From Chlamydiales bacterium (GTDB lineage: Bacteria; Chlamydiota; Chlamydiia; Chlamydiales; JAAKFR01), in contig JAFIGI010000015.1 in assembly GCA_020831465.1 (NCBI GenBank), positions 1,681 to 65,680 on the forward strand: a DNA stretch of 64,000 nucleotides. Reading direction: 5' to 3'. The notes beneath the pieces were generated by a model that was not told where the DNA came from, made no database searches, and saw only the letters and a program-made list of their open reading frames with translations. Every line of letters starts with the position of its first letter. Within the stretch, counting starts at the first letter, position 1. The position numbers and the translations under genes are program-made. This document shows positions 1 to 7,543 of the stretch, piece after piece.

Positions 1-42
1 AAATCGATCTAATTAAAGAATTCGTAAAACTCAAATTTTCAG

Positions 43-72
43 TTGGTTAGACAAGATATTTTTTGATATAAT
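43..72 (+). promoter_or_regulatory. candidate sigma70-like promoter for the BON-domain gene
   Basis: TTGGTT at 43-48, an 18-nt spacer, then TATAAT at 67-72. AAAGGAGGG Shine-Dalgarno at about 94-102 ahead of ATG 108. Confidence 0.3.
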
Positions 73-107
73 TAAGTTTATAACCCCACTATAAAAGGAG
101 GGTCTAC

Positions 108-596
108 ATGAAAAGTCTTATTTCCTCGATTCTTATGAGTGGAATTGCTGCCTCATTCATGGCAGGAAGCGTATATGGTCAATCTCCTGATGCCGATAAC
201 AATGGAAAACAAGGGTATCATGACAATGGCAACGGAAACGGAAATGGATACCATTACGGTGATAAACAGGGTAATCAACAGCAATCGAATGGAAAAAAGG
301 AGGGTAATCAGCGATCTAACATTGATCATCTTAAACTCGACAATCAAAATCAAGTAAAAAAACAGCCGGCAGCTTATGGCCTTGATCAGAAAGCAAACGA
401 ACAAATTAGAAAGGGAATTCAAAGTTATCTCAAAAATTTTAGGAATGTCAATTTCTCAATTGATGACGGTGTTGTAACTTTGAGCGGTTCGGTTCCTTCG
501 GATAAAGATAAGGAGAATCTTGAAAAAGCTATTAGGAAAATTCCTGGAGTTAAGGATGTTAAAAACGAGATTGAAGTCAAAGAAGAGCACTCTTAA
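108..596 (+). CDS. secreted BON-domain protein with an Asn/Gly/Gln-rich low-complexity linker
   Basis: N-terminal signal-like MKSLISSILMSGIAASFMAGSVYG. C-terminal VVTLSGSVPSDKDKENLEKAIRKIPGVKDVKNEIEV matches the BON (OsmY-like) pattern. Strong SD upstream. Confidence 0.7.
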   Translation: MKSLISSILMSGIAASFMAGSVYGQSPDADNNGKQGYHDNGNGNGNGYHYGDKQGNQQQSNGKKEGNQRSNIDHLKLDNQNQVKKQPAAYGLDQKANEQIRKGIQSYLKNFRNVNFSIDDGVVTLSGSVPSDKDKENLEKAIRKIPGVKDVKNEIEVKEEHS

Positions 597-617
597 AGTT
601 CTATAGATTAGTTAGGA

Positions 618-650
618 GGAGGCAGCATAATTGCTGCTTCCTTAAAATTT
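618..650 (+). terminator. possible intrinsic terminator after the BON gene
   Basis: Stem GGAGGCAGC (618-626) / GCTGCTTCC (633-641, one G-U pair), 6-nt loop, then a weak T-rich tail CTTAAAATTT. Confidence 0.3.
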
Positions 651-685
651 AATGAAGTTAGGAGTTCAATCCAAGGGAGGACGAA

Positions 686-1192
686 ATGAAGTTAAAGTCA
701 TTTGAAGACCTTTTTAACATCTTGGTGGCAGATTGCTTTATAATTGAAGAGCAAGGTTTAGATTTGATGTCAAAGATGATTCAGAAAGCTTATTCTTCAG
801 AACTTAGAGAGGCTTTAGAGAAACACCAGAATAAAGAGAAGCAACAGAAACAAGGAATAAAACACCTTATGCAGGAAGCAGGCATGACGATTCAAGAAGT
901 TGAATGGGAGAGCCCTATTAAGAGTGTTTTTAAAAGCGCATCAAAATTCTTGGACGAGAACGATTCTTCTCCACTGTTAGACGCCGCTATCATTACCTTG
1001 GCTCAACAAATTAAGCACCTCGAGATTGTCCATTATGGAACTTTGGAGGAGTTTGCAACGATCACAGAAAGACATGAGTTGAAAGAGTTACTCAGAAGCA
1101 CGCTTAAAGAAGAAAAAGAAGCGGATTCTCTCTTGATTCGACTGGGTAGAGAATCTGGTCTCAACGTGGAAGCTGCAAAAGCAAAAGCATAA
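686..1192 (+). CDS. YciE/YciF-like (DUF892) ferritin-fold stress protein
   Basis: The N-terminal pattern FEDLFNILVADCFIIEEQ...KMIQKAYSSELREALEKH and the C-terminal HLEIVHYGTL...LKEEKEAD resemble E. coli YciF/YciE. SD GGGAGG upstream. Confidence 0.65.
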   Translation: MKLKSFEDLFNILVADCFIIEEQGLDLMSKMIQKAYSSELREALEKHQNKEKQQKQGIKHLMQEAGMTIQEVEWESPIKSVFKSASKFLDENDSSPLLDAAIITLAQQIKHLEIVHYGTLEEFATITERHELKELLRSTLKEEKEADSLLIRLGRESGLNVEAAKAKA

Positions 1193-1199
1193 CTATTCA

Positions 1200-1233
1200 A
1201 AGGCTCCTTCATATGAAGGAGCCTTAGCTTTTT
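1200..1233. terminator. bidirectional hairpin terminator between convergent genes
   Basis: Perfect 11-bp stem AAGGCTCCTTC (1200-1210) / GAAGGAGCCTT (1215-1225), loop ATAT, followed by AGCTTTTT. Confidence 0.6.
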
Positions 1234-1246
1234 GAAAAGATGAATG

Positions 1247-2243
1247 CTAATCAGTCTCTAGCCAGGGGATCATTGCCCGCAGCTTCTCTCCGACCTTCTC
1301 GATCGGGTGCTTGGCGAGCTTAGCGCGCATCGTTTTAAAGAAGGTCTGGCTGACCTTGTTCTCCAGCATCCATTCGCGCGTGAACTTCCCACTCTGTATG
1401 TCGGCCAGCACGCGCCGCATTTCAGCACGCGTCGCTTCGTTAATGATGCGCGGACCGGTGAGATATTCGCCAAATTCAGCAGTGTTCGAGATTGAGGAGT
1501 TCATCTTGGCAATTCCTCCTGCATAGATGAGGTCGACTATAAGCTTTACCTCATGCAGACACTCGAAATATGCCATTTCCGGAGCCATAACCCGCCTCAA
1601 CCAAGGTCTCGTAACCGGCCTTGATCAGTTCAACGAGCCCGCCGCACAAAACAACCTGTTCGCCGAATAAGTCGGTCTCGCATTCCTCGCGGAAGCTGGT
1701 TTCAAGAATACCTGCCCGTCCGCACCCTAAGGCCGATGCGTAGGAAAGGCTAAGGCCGTGAACGTCGCCGGAAAGGTCGCGGTGGACGGCAAGCAAGCAG
1801 GGTACGCCGCCGCCATCCAAATATTCGGAGCGGACTGTGTGACCGGGCCCCTTGGGCGCTACCATCGCCACATTAAGGTCAGCACGTGGTTCAATAAGGT
1901 TGAAGTGGATATTAAGTCCATGTGCGAACAAGAGTGTTGCGTTATCCTTCATATTGTTGTGGAGGTGATTATTGTAGATATCGGACTGAAGCTCATCCGG
2001 AGCGAGCATCATGACAATGTCGGCCCATTTCGCTGCGTTGCCCACATCCATAATCGGTAGCTTCTCGGCCTCTGCTTTGGTCACGCTCTTTGAGCCCGCA
2101 CGTAGAGCAACAGCTATCTCTTTAACTCCGGAGTCCCGTAGGTTCAACGCATGTGCATGACCTTGGCTGCCATATCCAATAATGGCGACTTTCTTATTTT
2201 TAACTAAGCTGAAGTCGATATCCCGGTCGTAATAGACTCGCAT
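1247..2243 (-). pseudogene. ilvC: ketol-acid reductoisomerase (class I KARI) disrupted by a 1-nt frameshift
   Basis: ORF 1551..2243 carries the N-terminal half ([19 protein letters not shown] ... ETLVEAGY). ORF 1247..1600 carries the C-terminal half ([19 protein letters not shown]...). The frames meet at coding-strand TATGGCTCC (+ strand 1581-1589). Removing one G restores GY-APEMAY. Confidence 0.85.
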
Positions 2244-2282
2244 AATACCTAAGTCTTTGATTTTTTAGAGAAAAGGTTGGAA

Positions 2283-2320
2283 GGCGAGAACGACGCCACA
2301 TGGGTCAGTCTGTTCTCGCC
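2283..2320 (-). terminator. possible terminator hairpin downstream of the small membrane gene
   Basis: 9-bp stem GGCGAGAAC (2283-2291) / GTTCTCGCC (2312-2320), 20-nt loop, moderately U-rich tail on the minus strand. Confidence 0.3.
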
Positions 2321-2337
2321 GATTAACTATAAATAGG

Positions 2338-2532
2338 TTATTCCTTATTAATTTCCTTACCCATATTAGCCCAATGGCCAAGAGAAATAAAGATAAGAGC
2401 TCCTGTTCCAAGCCCTATAATTCCAATTAGAGCATGCAAAGCGGGCGCTGTTGCTTCAGCAAGATAAAACAAACCCTGTAAAACTAAATATGCAGCCAAA
2501 CCAATTACTGATAAAACTCTAACAATCTTCAT
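2338..2532 (-). CDS. small two-TM membrane protein (hypothetical)
   Basis: The internal ATG at 2532 is preceded by AGGAGG with good spacing. The product MKIVRVLSVIGLAAYLVLQGL...IGIIGLGTGALIFISLGHW is hydrophobic. The longer ORF start at 2580 lies inside a strong hairpin. Confidence 0.5.
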   Translation of the reverse strand: MKIVRVLSVIGLAAYLVLQGLFYLAEATAPALHALIGIIGLGTGALIFISLGHWANMGKEINKE

Positions 2533-2555
2533 AAAACCAATCCTCCTAAGATATT

Positions 2556-2611
2556 CACCACCAACCTGAAGAAGCTGCACTGGGAATATCTAATTCTTCA
2601 GGTTGGTTGTG
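2556..2611 (-). promoter_or_regulatory. strong stem-loop in the 5' leader of the small membrane gene
   Basis: Perfect 14-bp arms ACCAACCTGAAGAA (2560-2573) / TTCTTCAGGTTGGT (2594-2607), extendable to 17 of 18 bp, with a 20-nt loop. It ends about 20 nt upstream of the SD on the minus strand. Confidence 0.4.
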
Positions 2612-2921
2612 TATACCCATACTTTAACCGATTGAATATAAAATTAAAATATTTTTTAGCAAAATCAAGGTCTGATAATTTATATTATGTTGTTTTACGG
2701 TGAAGATAGGGAAAGATGGTTAGGATCGTTAGGACGATCGCAAAAAGCTAATCTTTCGAATTGATAAATATCCAGAAAACCCTTAAACAATTAATAGTCA
2801 AATTGATATTTTTTTCGATTAAAAAGAGGAAATCTATTATGGGCTTACTCTGGAAGATATATCCCCTTGTGATGTACGCAAAGCAACTGCACTTCTAGAA
2901 AGAGTTCTTTCTTGGCCGCTA

Positions 2922-3413
2922 ATGACAGAAATAGAGGGAAATGGAGGAATCACTTTATTGACAATTCCCAAAGGGCTTACATTTAACACACTTGTAAAAC
3001 TTGCCGCATCGCCTAAAATAGGGAAGACACTTACGTTTAGATACATTTGGAATCACATTTCAAGTAAAATAGGGAAGATTTCGGTTGATAAAACTTATCG
3101 AGTAGTGATCACGAATAACGTCCTTAAAAATAGTCGAAATTTATCTGCTAGTGATCAAGAAGCTCTTGTGAAGGAAAGAGGTTGCGAGATGCCAAAGGCA
3201 TTAGAAGCCACCGTACTTCTTGTTGTAACATTCATGAGTTCTGGGGAGCACCTATATGGCATTAATCCCTGGACTTATACACGTTGTTCAGAGCATGTCG
3301 CTGGTTATCAATTAGTTGTTGGGGGTTCCTCTCCCGCTGGCGTCTCCATCTTCAACTGCAACCTCTCTAACGACACCTACGGCGTCGGGGGTGTTTTGGC
3401 AAAGTTCTATTAG
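2922..3413 (+). CDS. orphan hypothetical protein, possibly frameshifted at its 5' end
   Basis: 163-aa ORF with no family I recognise. There is no SD before ATG 2922. A good SD (AAGAGGA, 2824-2830) plus ATG 2839 sits in the +1 frame, and the ORF frame is open from 2823. The 3' end overlaps the convergent GH65 gene by 102 nt. Confidence 0.4.
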   Translation: MTEIEGNGGITLLTIPKGLTFNTLVKLAASPKIGKTLTFRYIWNHISSKIGKISVDKTYRVVITNNVLKNSRNLSASDQEALVKERGCEMPKALEATVLLVVTFMSSGEHLYGINPWTYTRCSEHVAGYQLVVGGSSPAGVSIFNCNLSNDTYGVGGVLAKFY

Positions 3414-5810
3414 AAAAAATTCTTTGAATTCACCTTCTTTTAAGAAACACTCTTCATCACGACATGCGATCCGGATAGGTGTTGCCGCATGCCTCTTAGA
3501 TTCAACAATCAATTTATCTTGAGTCACAGTAAATGAAAGGCTGTGCCCGCGATATCTGATCACAGTCCGCAGCTCCCGGAGCTCATCGGGCAAACTCGGA
3601 TTGAAACGTAGTGTTTCGCCGCGGTACTCAAGGCCTGTATAGCAACGCTGAATAAGATCGACGGTACCCGCCATGGCGCCGAGATGAATCCCTTCCTGCG
3701 TCGTCCCGCCTTGGATATCTTCCACGTCGCTGCGCAGAAGCTGGTGGAAAAATTCCCACGACATCTTCCTGTCGGAACGTGCCAAAACCCATGAGTGGAC
3801 CAGACGGCTAAGGGTCGATCCGTGGGATGTCCGTTTTGAATAGTAATCGATGGTTTTTTGGATAGTCTCAGGTTCGAGCTTGTACCCCATCCGTTCAAAA
3901 ACTTCGCGCAGCTCTTCAGCGGAAAAGAGGAAAAAGAGCATCAGGACATCTGCTTGTTTAGAGGCTTTATACCTGTTAATGTCATCTCCTTCAGCTTCTA
4001 AAATGCGATCAAGACGATGGATGTTTCCCCACTTGCGCTTGAGCTGTTCGAAATCAAGCTCAGCCAATTTCTCATATCCCTCAAACTGGCTGATCACTCC
4101 GTCGCTGTGAAAAGGAATATAGAGGTTCCGGCTAATCTCCTCCCAATTGGCTATCTCACTACTTGTCAATCCCATGAAATCTTCAAGTTCTTCCTTTCTA
4201 TCTTGAGGCAGTAAACTGAGTGTCTGCACAGAACGTGTTAATAACCAAGAGACTAAGACATTGGTGTATGCATTATTGTGAACTCCCGGTTTTTCGGAAT
4301 CGGGATATCCGTCGTGGTACTCATCAGGACCCATTACGCCCAAGATTTCGTACCGTTTTTTCTCAGCATTGTATGAGGCAAGACTTGTAAAGAAGCGTGC
4401 CGTTTCTAGGATCATCTCGGCTCCGTAGAAGGAAAGGAACTCTATGTCGTTTGTTGCTTCAAAATGCTGCCACACATTATAGGCGATCGCTCCATTGATG
4501 TGGCGTTGCAAGGAGCTATTATCAGGTATCCATCTCTTTGATAAAGGGTTGAGATGGGTTTTTTGACTCTCTTCCCGACCATCGCTTCCGCTTTGCCAGG
4601 GGTACATGGCCCCCTTCAATCCGGCTTCCCTTGCAGCCAGCCTGGCCTTAGGAAGGCGGCGGTAGCGGTAGAGAAGTAAGGCGCGGGTTAATTCGGGTAG
4701 CTGGAGATTTAAAGTGGAAAAAACGAAGAGCTCGTCCCAGAGAATGTGGCCTCGATAAGCCTCTCCGTGCCAACCGCGGGGCGGCACCCCGATATCAAGA
4801 TCGCACGAATGCGGCGATGTCGTTTGCAGCATATGAAAGATATGTAGGCGCAAAAGAAGTGAAACCTCTTCTCCCGCCTCGGAGCAATCGAGTTGGATAT
4901 CAAATCGCTTCCAAAGCAGTTTCCATGCAACTCTATGTTTTTCTATAAGATAAGAATACGTCCCGGCTAGACTCACGCACTCTTTTGCCTCAAGACCGCA
5001 TTCAGAGATTGCATTATCCTTTGAACTGTAAAAAGAGACAATTTTCTCTACCTCAATATTTTGACCCCTACTTACTTGGAATGCATAGAATTTTGCGATC
5101 AAACCCTGTTCCTGCAATAGCTTCGCGGAACAATCCTTGAGTTGACGGCCATCAAGAAGGATCTGGGTGCGGGCTGCAAGCGCGACGTGGATATGCGATT
5201 GATTTGTCCTGACCTGCAGATAGATCTCCCCTCCATCCAGTTCAGCGGTTTCCAGGGGTTCGAGATGTGCTGCATTCAACTGGGCATACCGCTCTACTCC
5301 TCTGTTTTGTATCCTTCCATCCAAAGCGGACTGGATTTCAATCTCCCCTTCCCAGTTTTCAGGGTTCAGGTTCATGCGGATCGCGGCGAGATGTGGATGA
5401 TCCATTGAGACGAACCGACTAAAAGTAACGCTGGTTTCACGATCCGCGTTATCTTTAAAGCGGATTTTTCGCGTTAAAACCCCATCCTTGATGTTAAGGG
5501 ATTGATTAAAAAAGAGAACTTCTACCTCCTGCAGGTTGAACCACGAACCTCCGCAAATCCTAAATTTCAAGGGGAGCCAGTTTGGAAGGTTTACGAGATC
5601 TTCGTTTTCAATCACATGCCCTTCAATCTCTGTTTTTAACCTGTTATATCCGCCGGCTAAGTAGGTTCCCGGATAGTCGCTTTCTCCCGCTTCGCTCTCT
5701 TCGAAAGCGCCTCTGCTTACGAAATATCCGTTGCCAAGTGCACAAAGAACTTCTCTTAACTTTTGCTCTTTAGGAATATAGGAGTGGTATTCAAACAACC
5801 AGTTATTCAT
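3312..5810 (-). CDS. glycoside hydrolase family 65 disaccharide phosphorylase (specificity undetermined)
   Basis: N-terminal ALGNGYFVSRGAFEE...YPGTYLAGGYN pattern and the catalytic-acid motif VMGPDEY are typical of maltose/trehalose/kojibiose phosphorylases. The start overlaps the otsB stop (ATGA). Confidence 0.85.
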   Translation of the reverse strand: MNNWLFEYHSYIPKEQKLREVLCALGNGYFVSRGAFEESEAGESDYPGTYLAGGYNRLKTEIEGHVIENEDLVNLPNWLPLKFRICGGSWFNLQEVEVLFFNQSLNIKDGVLTRKIRFKDNADRETSVTFSRFVSMDHPHLAAIRMNLNPENWEGEIEIQSALDGRIQNRGVERYAQLNAAHLEPLETAELDGGEIYLQVRTNQSHIHVALAARTQILLDGRQLKDCSAKLLQEQGLIAKFYAFQVSRGQNIEVEKIVSFYSSKDNAISECGLEAKECVSLAGTYSYLIEKHRVAWKLLWKRFDIQLDCSEAGEEVSLLLRLHIFHMLQTTSPHSCDLDIGVPPRGWHGEAYRGHILWDELFVFSTLNLQLPELTRALLLYRYRRLPKARLAAREAGLKGAMYPWQSGSDGREESQKTHLNPLSKRWIPDNSSLQRHINGAIAYNVWQHFEATNDIEFLSFYGAEMILETARFFTSLASYNAEKKRYEILGVMGPDEYHDGYPDSEKPGVHNNAYTNVLVSWLLTRSVQTLSLLPQDRKEELEDFMGLTSSEIANWEEISRNLYIPFHSDGVISQFEGYEKLAELDFEQLKRKWGNIHRLDRILEAEGDDINRYKASKQADVLMLFFLFSAEELREVFERMGYKLEPETIQKTIDYYSKRTSHGSTLSRLVHSWVLARSDRKMSWEFFHQLLRSDVEDIQGGTTQEGIHLGAMAGTVDLIQRCYTGLEYRGETLRFNPSLPDELRELRTVIRYRGHSLSFTVTQDKLIVESKRHAATPIRIACRDEECFLKEGEFKEFFLIELCQNTPDAVGVVREVAVEDGDASGRGTPNN

Positions 5811-6580
5811 TTGATCTCCAACAGTTTTTCGATAAACCGGCCCACTTCCTCAACGCTATCCAGCCGGTAGCCCGCAGCCGTTTCCCGGTGCTCATCAGCA
5901 ATGACAATAGAGAGTCCTCTCTTTCCAATCGCTTCAAACGCGTCTTCGTCGGTGAGGTCATCCCCAATATAGATCGTATAAGGGTTTTCGACATCTGTTT
6001 GCTCAAGAAGCCAGAGCACTGCTTTACCTTTATCCCAATCAATAGCCGGTTGCAATTCGAGCACTTTTTTGCCATATCTCCATTTCAGTTTGGTATGCGC
6101 GCCGATCTTTTCAACCCTTTTTTTAAACGCATCTTGTTGACTCTCCTTCACATTGCGGTAATGAACGGCAAACGAAAACCGTTTCTTCTCCAACTCAGCT
6201 CCTTCATATTCTGTGAGCAATTCGCGCACTCTCTCTTCTTTTTCATTGAGCAGCGGGAGCGCTTCTTCAGCAATAGGGTCGGTCTTTCTTACCCCTTCAG
6301 GACCGGTTATTTCCATTCCATGGCTGCCTGCATAGTAGATCTCTTTCAAACCGACAAACTTTTGGATCTCTTCGAGGCCGCGTCCGCTTACGATAGCTAC
6401 CGGATATTTTACAGCCAATTTCCTGAGGTTTGTTCGCATCGACTCTGAGAGTTTGGCTTCTGAAGGGCGCGCAACGATCGGTGTGAGAGTTCCATCGTAA
6501 TCGAAGAAAATCACAGCTTTAGAGAGATCGATTTGATCGATCGCTTCAAACGCTGAAGGCAAAGCGTCTGTTTTCATCAT
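5807..6580 (-). CDS. otsB: trehalose-6-phosphate phosphatase-like HAD hydrolase
   Basis: HAD motif I FFDYDGTLTPIV, IVSGRG, and motif IV YIGDDLTDEDAF, as in OtsB. ATGA overlaps at both ends. Confidence 0.75.
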   Translation of the reverse strand: MMKTDALPSAFEAIDQIDLSKAVIFFDYDGTLTPIVARPSEAKLSESMRTNLRKLAVKYPVAIVSGRGLEEIQKFVGLKEIYYAGSHGMEITGPEGVRKTDPIAEEALPLLNEKEERVRELLTEYEGAELEKKRFSFAVHYRNVKESQQDAFKKRVEKIGAHTKLKWRYGKKVLELQPAIDWDKGKAVLWLLEQTDVENPYTIYIGDDLTDEDAFEAIGKRGLSIVIADEHRETAAGYRLDSVEEVGRFIEKLLEIK

Positions 6581-7278
6581 GAAACCTCTATTTCCCCTAA
6601 ATCCGATACGACAAAATCGGCGCCATTTTTTTTCAGCTCCACGGCCTGATCACCCCTGTTTACTCCAATGACTAGACCGAATTCCCCCTCTTTTCCCGCT
6701 CGGACACCGGCTAGAGAATCTTCTACGACGACAGCTCTTTCAGGGTTAACTCCTAATTCTTTAGCCGCCTGTAAAAAAATATCCGGAGCCGGCTTCCCCT
6801 GCAATTGCAACTCTTGCGATTTAATCCCATCGACTTGCACTTCAAAGAGATGCTTAATTCCAACACTCTCTAGAATCGGTCCACAGTTTTTGCTCGAAGA
6901 GACGATCGCGATCTTGAATCCCTTTCTTCTTAGATCGTGTACGAGGGCAATACTTGTCTGATAAGCATCGATCCCTTCTGTTTTTACGTGTTTGAGAAAG
7001 AGACTATTTTTCCTCTCTCCCAATTCTCTTAATTTCTCCTCATTAACCTCTATCCCTCTTGATTTAAAGAAACTACGGATTCCCTCTAGACGAGGCTTCC
7101 CATCGACGTAAGCGTAGTAATCCTCTTGAATAGTGAAAGGAGATTCATCTCTATCTGAGAGAAAGGGATCGAACATCTCTTTCCACGCTTGGGCGTGGAC
7201 TCGAGCAGACTGAGTGATGACCCCATCCAGATCAAATATAACTGCTTCAAATCGGTTATGATTAATTTCATTCATCAA
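6577..7278 (-). CDS. pgmB: beta-phosphoglucomutase
   Basis: VIFDLDGVITQSARVHAQAW, IAIVSSSKN and VVEDSLAGVRAGKEG are typical of beta-PGM-type HAD enzymes. It is the first gene of the three-gene operon. Confidence 0.75.
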   Translation of the reverse strand: MMNEINHNRFEAVIFDLDGVITQSARVHAQAWKEMFDPFLSDRDESPFTIQEDYYAYVDGKPRLEGIRSFFKSRGIEVNEEKLRELGERKNSLFLKHVKTEGIDAYQTSIALVHDLRRKGFKIAIVSSSKNCGPILESVGIKHLFEVQVDGIKSQELQLQGKPAPDIFLQAAKELGVNPERAVVVEDSLAGVRAGKEGEFGLVIGVNRGDQAVELKKNGADFVVSDLGEIEVS

Positions 7279-7342
7279 AGTTTATTATAAATTGATTTTG
7301 AATTATAATTCTAATTAAGTAGAAAATGATATGGAGGGAATG

Positions 7343-7543
7343 ATGTCTGTTGTCAAAGTAATTGAAATAGTGTGTGAAGGAAGCTCTATCGAAGCGGCGC
7401 TGGAATCGGGGATCCAAGAAGCGAGCAAGACACTAAAAAATATCAAACAAGTCGATATTAAGTGGGTTCACGCTAAAGTCGATAATGGTAAAATCGCAGG
7501 CTACAGAGTGAATGCCAAAGTAAGCTTTATCGTTGAGCACTAA
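7343..7543 (+). CDS. dodecin-family (flavin-binding) small protein
   Basis: About 67 aa: MSVVKVIEIVCEGSSIEAALESGIQEASKTLKNIKQVDIKWVHAKVDNGKIAGYRVNAKVSFIVE fits the dodecin pattern. GGAGGGA precedes ATG 7343 (alternative starts at 7331 and 7340). Confidence 0.65.
   Translation: MSVVKVIEIVCEGSSIEAALESGIQEASKTLKNIKQVDIKWVHAKVDNGKIAGYRVNAKVSFIVEH

Noticed and set aside
139-422. Small ORFs (72 and 89 aa) overlapping the BON-domain gene
   Set aside because: They are alternative-frame and antisense frames of the low-complexity AAT/GGA-rich segment. The BON gene frame has the signal peptide, SD and domain.
1581-1589. Programmed ribosomal frameshift in ilvC
   Set aside because: There is no slippery heptamer or downstream structure, and KARI is not known to use recoding. 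A simple 1-nt insertion or an assembly error is the parsimonious reading.
5888-6448. 186-aa ORF antisense to otsB
   Set aside because: It lies entirely within a well-supported HAD phosphatase gene. The sequence is low-complexity and hydrophobic without motifs, so it is most likely a chance open frame.
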